DNA from: Candidatus Latescibacterota bacterium
GTDB lineage: Bacteria; Latescibacterota; UBA2968; UBA8231
DNA length: 64,000 bases
NCBI GenBank assembly: GCA_965243025.1
Contig: CBDETY010000003.1
Coordinates: 832,001-896,000 of the forward strand
Direction of reading: 5' to 3'
Under the pieces are notes generated by a model that saw only the letters and a program-made list of their open reading frames with translations, was not told the origin of the DNA and did no database searches. The position numbers were made by a program, and so were the translations under genes. Shown piece by piece: positions 11,051-20,319 of this stretch (position 1 is its first letter; every line of letters begins with the position of its first letter).

Positions 11051-12001
11051 ATGAAAAGACGCAGACCCGAACTGACGATTTTCAGTATGTCCGCGCTCGA
11101 TCTGCTCGCATCGGCCCTCGGTGCTTTCATCCTGATAACCGTAGTGCTTATCCCCCTGTTCCCGAACCTGGAAATCCTGGGTCAGGTGAGGGGCGAGTTG
11201 GCCCAGAAAAAAACCGAGTTGGAACAGACCAGGGAAGATCTCGACCTGGCAATGGCCGAATTGGACCGGAAGAAATCCGAATTCCAGTTGGACAAGGAGA
11301 AATCGGAGCGGGAAAGGACTCAACTGGAGCAGAAGAACGTCGAGCTGAAACGGGAAAAGGCCGGACTCGAGCAGAAAAAGGCATTGGCCCGGCAGACCAG
11401 AACCGAACTTGTAGAACAGATCCAGGCGTTACAACAAAAGATTGACGACACCAGTGTCCTGCTCGGCATAAGGACAATCGCCAGGAAATTCGTTTTCGTC
11501 ATCGATATGTCGGGCAGCATTTACCACCCCGGGGAGCACGACTACCGCCAGTTCATAAGGCTGTCCATACAAGACATGCTCGCTTCCTTCAAATCCGAAA
11601 TAGAAGTCTGCCTGATCGGTTTTCAGACTCCTGAACGGGGAACAACCTTGCATTTCTGGCCCGAGAACAAGGAATACTTCCAGGTCGGGAAGGATGCACA
11701 TGATCAACTGATTGAAAAGGTAAACGACTGGATGGGAATGGTAGACGGCGTCACCCCTACCCGGGCGGCGTTGCTGGAGGCCATTGCCCTGCAACCTGAG
11801 GAAATCATCCTTCTGAGCGACGGGGCTCCCTCGGAGGACTGGCGCACGGTGGTGCGAGCCGTAACCGCCGAAAACAGGCAGAGAATACCCATACACGCAG
11901 TAGCCGTGGGAAATTACACCGCGGACCGGAAGTTCATTGATTTCCTCGTGAATCTGACAAAGCAGAACAACGGGTACGTGGTGGGAGCAAAACCGGGCTG
12001 A
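11051..12001 (+). CDS. MotB/ExbD-like N-terminal TM, coiled coil and vWA domain protein
   Basis: TM FSMSALDLLASALGAFILITVVL with intramembrane Asp; complete MIDAS DMSGS...T...LSDG. Confidence 0.85.
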   Translation: MKRRRPELTIFSMSALDLLASALGAFILITVVLIPLFPNLEILGQVRGELAQKKTELEQTREDLDLAMAELDRKKSEFQLDKEKSERERTQLEQKNVELKREKAGLEQKKALARQTRTELVEQIQALQQKIDDTSVLLGIRTIARKFVFVIDMSGSIYHPGEHDYRQFIRLSIQDMLASFKSEIEVCLIGFQTPERGTTLHFWPENKEYFQVGKDAHDQLIEKVNDWMGMVDGVTPTRAALLEAIALQPEEIILLSDGAPSEDWRTVVRAVTAENRQRIPIHAVAVGNYTADRKFIDFLVNLTKQNNGYVVGAKPG

Positions 12002-12027
12002 CATGTACGGCTGAGAGGAGAAGGAGA

Positions 12028-12828
12028 ATGGCGGAATCCAACATGGTAAAACCCAGAAGCATCAACAGGGACCAACGACTGATCGCCAGCGTCGTCAGTC
12101 TGGCCGGGGGCATTTTTTACATAGCTGTCCTGAGCTTTGTTTTCGATCATCCCGATTCCATCGCGGGCGACTTCCTGCTGGATCGCAACTCCAGAAACTT
12201 CACCTACCCGTTCACCATCCAGAACCTCATGTGGCTGTTGTTCTGGTTCGGGTGCGGCGAACTGTTTGTGCGGTTCAACCAGGCCAAGCTCGAAATGGAG
12301 CAGATTTCCAAAGGTTATCTGCCGGAAGGTGACGAGGTAATGCTTCAGGCCCACGAATTGGGGCCCTTGCACCAGAAATCCATGCCCGTCGCCAGGGAAC
12401 GGACCTTTTTCCTGCCGCGTCTGATCGTGCGCTGCATCCTGCAATTCCAGGGAAGCCGCTCCGTCAACCAGGCCAACTCCCTGCTCAATTCCTCCCTCGA
12501 GTTGTTCCAGCACGAGCTCGACCTCAAATACTCGATGCTGCGCTACCTCGTCTGGCTCATTCCGACGATGGGTTTTGTGGGCACTGTTCTCGGCATCGCC
12601 TTGTCCCTGGACTACGCGGCGAAAATCGTGGACCCCCATGACCCGGACTTGCTGCGCCAGATCACCGGGCGGCTCGGGGTCGCCTTCTACACCACCCTGC
12701 TTGCCCTGGTCCAGTCCATTCTTCTGGTGTTTGCGCTCCACATTGCCCAAAACCGGGAGGAAATGGCCCTGAACCTGTCCGGGCAGTACTGCCTGGACAA
12801 CCTGATCAACCGCCTCTACGAAAAGTAA
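12028..12828 (+). CDS. MotA/TolQ/ExbB ion-channel family protein
   Basis: IPTMGFVGTVLGI and VAFYTTLLAL signatures; four TM helices. Confidence 0.9.
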   Translation: MAESNMVKPRSINRDQRLIASVVSLAGGIFYIAVLSFVFDHPDSIAGDFLLDRNSRNFTYPFTIQNLMWLLFWFGCGELFVRFNQAKLEMEQISKGYLPEGDEVMLQAHELGPLHQKSMPVARERTFFLPRLIVRCILQFQGSRSVNQANSLLNSSLELFQHELDLKYSMLRYLVWLIPTMGFVGTVLGIALSLDYAAKIVDPHDPDLLRQITGRLGVAFYTTLLALVQSILLVFALHIAQNREEMALNLSGQYCLDNLINRLYEK

Positions 12829-12881
12829 ATCTCCTTCGAGAAACTCCGCGTCTCAGGGAACCCCAAGGAAGGAAGGGAACC

Positions 12882-13535
12882 ATGCCGGTTTTTCGCCGCC
12901 CCGATGGAAACATAACCGAGAAAAAAACCGGGAAATCAGAGAAGGATTCCCCGCCGCCCGACCAGGCCAACAGGCCGCTGCCGCCGGCATCTCAGGAAGG
13001 GGGTCAAGCCGCTCCCCCCGGTCGTTTCGATGCTGCCACCAAGCGGATGGAGACAGACCCTTCACCACCCCGCCCTGGAGATGACGAGAAAACACGGCTG
13101 GTCGGTGGACGGGCGCCGCGGTCAGACAAAGGGGTCGTCCAGGAAAGCGCCGCGGAAAGCCGCGGGATGGACGATCCGGTCGTTGGATGGCTGGTGATCG
13201 TCGAGGGGCCGGGAAAGGGCCGGGCGGTGCAACTGGGGTATGGATCCAATTCCCTCGGGCGCGGCGCAACCGACCGCGTCAAGCTCGATTTCGGCGACGA
13301 CCAGATTTCCCGGAATGGCCATGCGGTGGTCACCTACGACCCCCGCGGCCGGAAGTTCTACGTGCAGCACGGGGGCGGCACCAACCTGACGTATCTCGGC
13401 GATCAGCCGGTCTTGACTCCGGCAGAGTTGCCGCCAATGGGCCGGATCGGAATCGGGAATACCGTTCTCCGGTTCGTGCCCTTCTGCGGTACGGAGTTCG
13501 ACTGGCAGGACTCGGAAGAAAGCGAAGACGCTTGA
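12882..13535 (+). CDS. FHA domain protein with disordered N-terminal tail
   Basis: VGWLVIVEGPGKG...LGRG...ISRNGHA...TNLTY. Confidence 0.9.
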   Translation: MPVFRRPDGNITEKKTGKSEKDSPPPDQANRPLPPASQEGGQAAPPGRFDAATKRMETDPSPPRPGDDEKTRLVGGRAPRSDKGVVQESAAESRGMDDPVVGWLVIVEGPGKGRAVQLGYGSNSLGRGATDRVKLDFGDDQISRNGHAVVTYDPRGRKFYVQHGGGTNLTYLGDQPVLTPAELPPMGRIGIGNTVLRFVPFCGTEFDWQDSEESEDA

Positions 13536-14410
13536 GCGAAAGCGGTCGCTGTGCCGCGGGGCAAATCCGCGGCAAACGGAGCTGCCAGGAAGACGACTAC
13601 GGCTTCGTCGATGCACGCGCCCTCGGAACAGACCGTAACGAACACTCCCTGTTACTGGTGGCCGACGGCATGGGCGGCCACGCCGGCGGCGCCACTGCCA
13701 GCGGTCTTCTGAGAAAGACCTTTGTCGAGGCCTACCCGCGGGCTTCCGGGCCGATCGTCCATCGCCTTCAAGGTTGTCTCCAATCGGCCAATGCAGCCAT
13801 GGCGGACGCCGTTGACCAGAATCCCGAGCTGGCCGGCATGGGTTCCACCCTGGTCGCGGCCGTCGTCTCCGCCGGGGGCCTGAACTGGATCAGCGTCGGG
13901 GATTCCCCGTTGTGGTTGTTCCGCAAGGGCGCGCTGGAGCGGTTGAACGCAGACCACTCCATGGCACCGGTCCTCGCCGACCTCGTTTCCACCGGGCGGA
14001 TGACCGAAGAGGACGCCGCCCGGGATCCCGCCCGGCATTCGCTCAGGTCCGCGGTCACGGGCGAGGACATACATCTGGTTGACATATCGCCGCAACCGGT
14101 TCCCGTGGAGAATGGCGACCGGCTGCTGTTGGCCAGCGACGGGCTGATGACTCTCGGAGATCGGGAGATCGCCGGTATCCTCGAGGAAACGCAGGACGCG
14201 TCATTGGAGGACAGCACCGCAGCCCTTATCCAGGCAGTGGAAGCCGCGGGAAATCCCCGGCAGGACAATACCACTCTTCTGTTGTACGCCCCCGCCGGAG
14301 GCACCCAACCCCCCGGGGCCGATGTGGCCGGGTCGGAAGCCGACCGGGGCATTCCCCGCCTGAAACGCTGGGCGAGACTGTTTGGCAGATCCGCAGGACG
14401 GAAACAGTAG
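13532..14410 (+). CDS. PP2C/PPM Ser/Thr phosphatase
   Basis: QEDD, VADGMGGH, MGSTL, VGDS, ASDGL, QDNTT motifs; probable TTG start overlapping the upstream TGA. Confidence 0.92.
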   Translation: MSESGRCAAGQIRGKRSCQEDDYGFVDARALGTDRNEHSLLLVADGMGGHAGGATASGLLRKTFVEAYPRASGPIVHRLQGCLQSANAAMADAVDQNPELAGMGSTLVAAVVSAGGLNWISVGDSPLWLFRKGALERLNADHSMAPVLADLVSTGRMTEEDAARDPARHSLRSAVTGEDIHLVDISPQPVPVENGDRLLLASDGLMTLGDREIAGILEETQDASLEDSTAALIQAVEAAGNPRQDNTTLLLYAPAGGTQPPGADVAGSEADRGIPRLKRWARLFGRSAGRKQ

Positions 14411-14483
14411 GGGGTCAGCCGGGAGGCCGGGGAAGCAGAAAAGGTGCCTTGGCGGCCCTGCGATACACGCACGGTCCGGTCTG

Positions 14484-16376
14484 ATGGGTGAGGAACAACA
14501 GCATCGCCTGGCGCTGCCGAAGGGGACTCGCATTCGCGACTTCGAGTTTCACCGGGTCCTCGGCCACGGCGGATTCGGGATCACCTACCTGGGATGGAAC
14601 ATCACCCTGGATATTCCCGTTGCGATCAAGGAGTACTTCCCTTCTGATCTCGCTACCCGCGAGAGGAACCTTTCCGTCGTGCCCCAAACGACTCAGGCCG
14701 CCCCTGATTTCAAATGGGGCCTCGAGCGCTTCCTGGACGAAGCCCGCACTCTCGCCCGCTTCCAACACCCCGGCATCGTCCGCATCCATCACTTCTTTGA
14801 GGCCCACCGCACCGCCTATATCACGATGGAATACGTGGAGGGGGAAAGTCTGTCCGCATATCTGAAGCGCAAGGGAACGCTGAGCGAAAACGAGCTGAAA
14901 GGGATTCTGAACCCGTTGCTGGGCGCTTTGGAAGTGGTGCATCGAGCAGACTTTCTGCACCGGGACATCAAACCCGCCAACATCGTCCTCAGGGAAAAGG
15001 ATGGCTCGCCGGTTTTGCTGGACTTCGGGGCCGCGAGGCAGGCAATGGGCGCCAGGAGCCGCTCGGTCACGTCGATAGTTACCCCGGGGTATGCGCCGAT
15101 AGAACAGTATTCGACCCGGGCTGCCCAGGGAGAGTGGACGGATATCTACGCCCTGGGGGGGGTCTGTTATCGGGCGTTGACCGGAGAGAGCCCCTTCGAT
15201 GCAACCGACCGGATGCGGAACGACCCGCTTGTTCCGGTGGCTCAGCGCTGCGCTGGCAAAGCAAGTCAAGGATTTCTCGCGGCGATAGATGCCGCCCTGG
15301 GGGTGGATGCTCACGATCGTCCCCAGAGCATTGCGGAGTGGCGAGAGGTGCTGCGCGGTGCGGGACAGGAGGCGGCGCCATCGAAGCACGGGAAGCGCTT
15401 CCCATACAAGCGTCTTGCGGCCGTCCTGGGGCTGGTTGCTCTCCTGATCGGTGGCCAGAGGTATGTGGAGCACGTCGAACAGGTGGCTGCGGCCCGGGAA
15501 AGACAGGAACAGGCGGCGCTGGAAAAACAGCGCCAGGAAGTGGCCGTGCTGGAGAAGCGGCAACGCGTAGAAGCGGACCTGGAGAAACAGCGTAAGGAAC
15601 GGTCGAAACTGGAGCAGCGGCGTCTGGACCAAGCGGAGCTACGGAAACGAGCCCGGCAAAAAACCGCGTTGGAGAAGCAGCAGCGCGAAGAAGCGGCAGT
15701 GGAGAAAGAGCGTCGGGAACAAGCCGAGCTACAGCAACGGGCCCGGGAACAGGCAGGGTTGGAAAAGCAGCAGCGGGAACAGGCGGCGCCGGACGTACAG
15801 CGCAAGGAAGAAGCGGCGTTGGAGAGACAGCGCCAGGAGCAAGTATTCGTCCAGGAGGTGGGACGCCCTCCGAGTCCGGGAGGAATAAGCAAGGGCGATA
15901 CCGATCTGCATATCGCCGCGCGGCTGAACCTGCCTCTGCTGGCTGTATCCCTCTTCGAGCAGGGTGCCGATGTCCACGCCAGGAACGAGGACGGCTGGAC
16001 ACCGCTGCACGTTGCCGCGAAGGAGGCCGCTTCCGGGGCCGCGGAAGTCCTGATCGAGCAGGGCCCCGATGTCAACGCGAGGGAAACACTGTTTGGCTGG
16101 ACGCCGCTGCACCTGGCCGCGGCGGAAGATGCTATTGCGACTGCCGAGGTCTTGCTCAAACAGAATGCCGATCTCCACGCCAAGGACAAATTCGGCTGGA
16201 CGCCGCTGCATTCAGCGGCGGCCAACAATGCCCATGAGACCGCCGAGGTCTTGTTGAAGGCCGGGGCTGACGTGAACGCAGAGGACAACCATGGCTGGGC
16301 ACCGCTCTACTGGGCCTCACGCAAAGAGGCGGTCCAGGCGGTGGACGTCCTGCGTCGTTACGGTGGTAGAAAGTGA
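14484..16376 (+). CDS. Hanks-type Ser/Thr kinase with TM, coiled coil and C-terminal ankyrin repeats
   Basis: LGHGGFG, VAIKEY, HRDIKPAN, DFG, YAPIEQ; TM LAAVLGLVALLIGG; GWTPLH ankyrin repeats. Confidence 0.93.
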   Translation: MGEEQQHRLALPKGTRIRDFEFHRVLGHGGFGITYLGWNITLDIPVAIKEYFPSDLATRERNLSVVPQTTQAAPDFKWGLERFLDEARTLARFQHPGIVRIHHFFEAHRTAYITMEYVEGESLSAYLKRKGTLSENELKGILNPLLGALEVVHRADFLHRDIKPANIVLREKDGSPVLLDFGAARQAMGARSRSVTSIVTPGYAPIEQYSTRAAQGEWTDIYALGGVCYRALTGESPFDATDRMRNDPLVPVAQRCAGKASQGFLAAIDAALGVDAHDRPQSIAEWREVLRGAGQEAAPSKHGKRFPYKRLAAVLGLVALLIGGQRYVEHVEQVAAARERQEQAALEKQRQEVAVLEKRQRVEADLEKQRKERSKLEQRRLDQAELRKRARQKTALEKQQREEAAVEKERREQAELQQRAREQAGLEKQQREQAAPDVQRKEEAALERQRQEQVFVQEVGRPPSPGGISKGDTDLHIAARLNLPLLAVSLFEQGADVHARNEDGWTPLHVAAKEAASGAAEVLIEQGPDVNARETLFGWTPLHLAAAEDAIATAEVLLKQNADLHAKDKFGWTPLHSAAANNAHETAEVLLKAGADVNAEDNHGWAPLYWASRKEAVQAVDVLRRYGGRK

Positions 16377-16439
16377 AGACTGCCCCGGAATCACGTTCCA
16401 CACTATGTGACTTCTTCCGAATTTCCGGAGCCTGACCCC

Positions 16440-18773
16440 ATGAACCTCCCCGTTCTTCACTCTGTCTCGTTCGCGTTGCTCGCTCTCTTGCTCTCGCCGC
16501 CCGTCAGCCATGCTTCTCCCCCGCTAGCCGGTAGTGTGCCTTTCTGCCAGCCTCTGGATCTCGAGCAGCTGGACCGAGACCATGCCCGCGCACCTGCCGA
16601 TCTGCCGCTAGTGTTCAACGTTTCCGACATAGGGGAGGTCGAAGAGAGCATTGTTCAGGAGCCTGATCCACCCGAACAACCCAAAGAGGTCGGCGAACCA
16701 CGCACCGTGCGGCTCTTTTACTTCCTACCCAATGACCGGACGTATCGCGCCGAGGTGGTTGAGGCGATGAAAACGGGGATTGTCGAGGTTCAGTCCTTCT
16801 ATGCTGAGCAGATGGAGGCGCATGGATACGGGAACAAAACTTTTCCGATTGAAACCGATGACCAAGGCGACCCGATCGTTCATCGCGTAGATGGAGACTA
16901 TCCCGAAAGCAATTACATCAGAATAAATTATTTTACGCAGGGTGAGATTAACCGAGCGTACGATAACTCTGCAAACGTCATACTAATAGTCATGGACGCG
17001 AGTAACTCTTCTACTATTCAGGGACACGCCATATACAGGGGTAAAGAGAGAGGAGAGGTGACACTTTATGAAGAGTGGGATTGGTCTACTGCGGTCCATG
17101 AACTTGGACACGGCTTCGGCCTACAACACGATTTCAGGTCTAATGCGTACATCATGTCGTATGGATGGTCAGATCGGGAAACTGTCCAATTATCTGCGTG
17201 CGCTGCCGAGTTTTTAGCCGTGAATCCCTACTTCGATTCGGATATCCCACTTGAAAACGAATCACCGCCCACGGTTGAACTAATTTCATCAGAAACGTAT
17301 CCATTCGGATCAGTAAGCGTGCCGGTCCAACTGAGAGTCCGCGATGATGATGGACTTCATCAGGTAATTTTCCTCTCTCAACCCCGAGATCCCTTGCACC
17401 CCCCCACCCCCGCAGTAAGAGAGTGTCGTGGATTGGCCGGTGAAACAGATACCGTCGTTGAATTCAATTTTGCTTGGAGATTTGACGCCGCAGTTAGTCA
17501 GCGTTCCGTTTATGTCGTGGCAGTCGATGCGAATGGGAATAGTAAGGAAGTGCCTTTTATCCTTGAGTCAGAACCTCCACCAGAACTTCCTCCAGGCACA
17601 GTGATCACTCCGGTCTGCGATCGTACGCGGCAGGTACGAGATGCCATCGTCGATAACATTAGTGGCATCTCGGACTGCGCGCAGGTGGCCGAGACTCACC
17701 TCGTGGCGATTTCAGGACTTAACTTGCCCGGCAGGAACATCACAGCACTGAAAGCCGGTGATTTTGATGGACTGATCTCGCTGAGATCAATCTCCCTGTT
17801 CAACAACCAGTTGAGTTCCTTGCCTGTCGGCCTCTTAGACGGACTGACCGCACTGGAATACCTCTCCCTGTTCAATAATCAGTTGACGGGGCTACCCGAG
17901 GGCCTGTTTGACGGGCTGACTGGGCTAACTACGCTCTACTTGCAGGGTAACACCGTGGATCCGCTGCCGCTTACGGTGTCCTTAGAGAAAGTTGGCACAG
18001 ATCAGTTCAAGGCCGTGGCACCCATCGGTGCACCGTTTGAGATGGTGCTGCCACTCACCGTTACGAACGGCAGTATTAGCGGTGGTGCAACCACCATTGC
18101 GATACCCGTCGGCAACCTGGAAAGCCAACCACTCACCGTGACCCCCACCCCCAGTACGACGGCTGCGGTCACCGTGGACATTGGCACCTTGCCGGGGCTG
18201 CCCTCAAACCATCAAGGCTACGCCCTCGTCAAATCCGCCAACCTGCCGGTGGAGATTTTCAGCAGTGGCGGGCCCGGCACTACAGTGGCACGGACCGACT
18301 TCAACGGCGACGGCAAGACCGATTTCGTCGACTTCTTCCAGTTCGTCGACGCCTTCGGCAGCACGGATGCCCGGTTTGACCTCAACGGCGACGGCAGGGT
18401 CGACTTCGTCGACTTCTTCGCGTTCGTCGATGCCTTCGGCTCGTCGGGGCAGGCCAAGCTGGTGGCCTTGGCCCGGGAGATGCTCGGTCTGCCGGGCGGA
18501 CCGGAGCTACAGCAGAACGCCCCCAACCCGTTCAACACCGAGACGGTTATCTCCTGGTTCCTGCTGGAGCCGGGTCTGGCACGACTGGAGGTGTTCGCCC
18601 TTACCGGGCAACGGCTGGCGGTGCTGCATCAGGGGCCGCTGCAGGCCGGGTACCATCGGCTCCACTGGGACGGCCGCGACGATGCTGGCCGGCCCCTTGC
18701 CAGCGGCGTCTACCTGTACCGGCTGACAACTTTCGAGGGCGACCTGACGCGCAAGCTCACCCTGCTGCGTTAG
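16440..18773 (+). CDS. Secreted metzincin protease with LRR, dockerin-like and FlgD Ig/T9SS-type CTD
   Basis: Signal peptide; HELGHGFGLQH plus Met-turn IMSY; LRRs; shared C-terminal tail. Confidence 0.88.
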   Translation: MNLPVLHSVSFALLALLLSPPVSHASPPLAGSVPFCQPLDLEQLDRDHARAPADLPLVFNVSDIGEVEESIVQEPDPPEQPKEVGEPRTVRLFYFLPNDRTYRAEVVEAMKTGIVEVQSFYAEQMEAHGYGNKTFPIETDDQGDPIVHRVDGDYPESNYIRINYFTQGEINRAYDNSANVILIVMDASNSSTIQGHAIYRGKERGEVTLYEEWDWSTAVHELGHGFGLQHDFRSNAYIMSYGWSDRETVQLSACAAEFLAVNPYFDSDIPLENESPPTVELISSETYPFGSVSVPVQLRVRDDDGLHQVIFLSQPRDPLHPPTPAVRECRGLAGETDTVVEFNFAWRFDAAVSQRSVYVVAVDANGNSKEVPFILESEPPPELPPGTVITPVCDRTRQVRDAIVDNISGISDCAQVAETHLVAISGLNLPGRNITALKAGDFDGLISLRSISLFNNQLSSLPVGLLDGLTALEYLSLFNNQLTGLPEGLFDGLTGLTTLYLQGNTVDPLPLTVSLEKVGTDQFKAVAPIGAPFEMVLPLTVTNGSISGGATTIAIPVGNLESQPLTVTPTPSTTAAVTVDIGTLPGLPSNHQGYALVKSANLPVEIFSSGGPGTTVARTDFNGDGKTDFVDFFQFVDAFGSTDARFDLNGDGRVDFVDFFAFVDAFGSSGQAKLVALAREMLGLPGGPELQQNAPNPFNTETVISWFLLEPGLARLEVFALTGQRLAVLHQGPLQAGYHRLHWDGRDDAGRPLASGVYLYRLTTFEGDLTRKLTLLR

Positions 18774-18797
18774 ATGAACAGGACCCAGGAGACCTCC

Positions 18798-20222
18798 ATG
18801 AGAGCTTCGGTAATTCAATCCGCAGTAATGGTGTTTTTTCCTGTTCTGCTCTTTCAGGCCCCCGGCCACGCCTCCCCCTTCCCTATTGACTGGGCCCACT
18901 CCTGCCGGCCCCTCGATGCCGAGCAGTGGGAGGGCGACCACACCGGCGTTCCAGCCGCAAAGTTGCTCACCACGAACGCCGGCCAGACGCGCGACGTGAA
19001 GTTGATCTACTTCATTCCCAACGACCGCTCGTTCGACTCCGACGTGGTCGACTCTATAAAAGTCAGGATTCCCCGTATACAGACTTTCTTCCGCGACCAG
19101 ATGCAAACCCACGGTCACGGCACCAAAACCTTCCAGTTGGAAACCGACGCCCAGGGAGACCCCGTTGTGCATCGCGTTGACGCGCCGAACTCCGATGCCA
19201 GCTATCTCCAGTCGTACCGAAGGGTCGGCGTCGGCAACGTTCTCAGGGACCTGAGACCGACGTTCGATTACAGCAGCAGCATTCTGTTCATCGTGGTCGA
19301 CCACAGCACCTACGACAACCTAGGTTGGGGCAACGTGGCAGGGTTCGGAGGGGGGGCAAAGAACAGCGGGTACGCGCTTCTCCCGGCCAGCTTCATTGAC
19401 GAAACCGCCGCCCATGAGCTGGGCCATGCCTTCGGCTTGCAGCACGATTTCAACGACGACGCCAACATCATGTCCTACGGCCCGGGATGGAATCGGTTAT
19501 CCGCGTGCAGCGCCGGGTTCCTGGCCGTGCATCCCTACTTCGATTCCGACGTCCCGATTGAAGAGCAGCAGACCTGGGATCTTCTGGCGCCGACCGTCGA
19601 CCTTGTATCCCCTCTCAGGTATGCAGCAGGCTCAACCAGCTTGTCCGTTCAATTCAGAATCACCGCCTCGGGAAATCCGGGGCTTCACCAGGTGCTTTTC
19701 TTCCTCAAATCAAGAGCGCCCCACCCTGCCGCGGGATCTCATGAAGTGAAGGGATGCCATGACCTGCATGGCGTGCAGGATACCGTAGTTGTATTCCAAC
19801 ATGACGGGGTGATCCCGTCGGAGGGCTCCGGAAGTCTTTCCGCCTCCCCTGCGCACTACATATCCGTGCAGGCAGTCGATACCGAAGGAAACGCGAACAC
19901 GGGACCCTATAAAGCCACTCATTACGTTCTTGCTGAAGATTCGCCTCACCACCTCGCCACGCTTGTCAGATATACAAGCAAATACTCACCGGAGATCTAC
20001 GGAGCGAAGTTTTCACCCGACGGGACGATCTTCGCCGTCAATTCGTCGGCGGGGATCCAGATATGGGACATGGCGACGCCAGCTTTTGTCGCTACCCTCA
20101 GCGGGGGCAGCTCTGCAATGGCGTTCTCGCTCGACGGGACTACCCTCGCTTCCGGGTCCACCAGAACCGATGAGGCCAACATCGGGATATATGTATTTAA
20201 TTACACAAGACAATTTAAGTAA
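18798..20222 (+). pseudogene. Secreted metzincin-WD40 protein truncated within the WD40 region
   Basis: HELGHAFGLQH plus IMSY. Homology breaks after LASGST (about 20165) and the frame runs into AT-rich foreign sequence; the tail found in paralogs is missing. Confidence 0.75.
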
Positions 20223-20319
20223 TCTCATCCGCGAAATTAAAAGAATTCTGGTATAATATAATAGAGAAAATACAGAAAAACGGACATCCTTAGTCCCACT
20301 GTATAGCCGGGAGATGGGG

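Noticed and set aside
11051-12828. Canonical Zorya, TonB-ExbBD or flagellar stator
   Set aside because: No OmpA-like peptidoglycan-binding domain, no long ZorA tail, and no zorC/D/E, tonB or flagellar genes nearby
12882-16376. T6SS post-translational module (Fha/PppA/PpkA) or TerY-P triad
   Set aside because: No tss or ter genes, and the vWA protein is membrane-anchored and paired with a MotA-like protein
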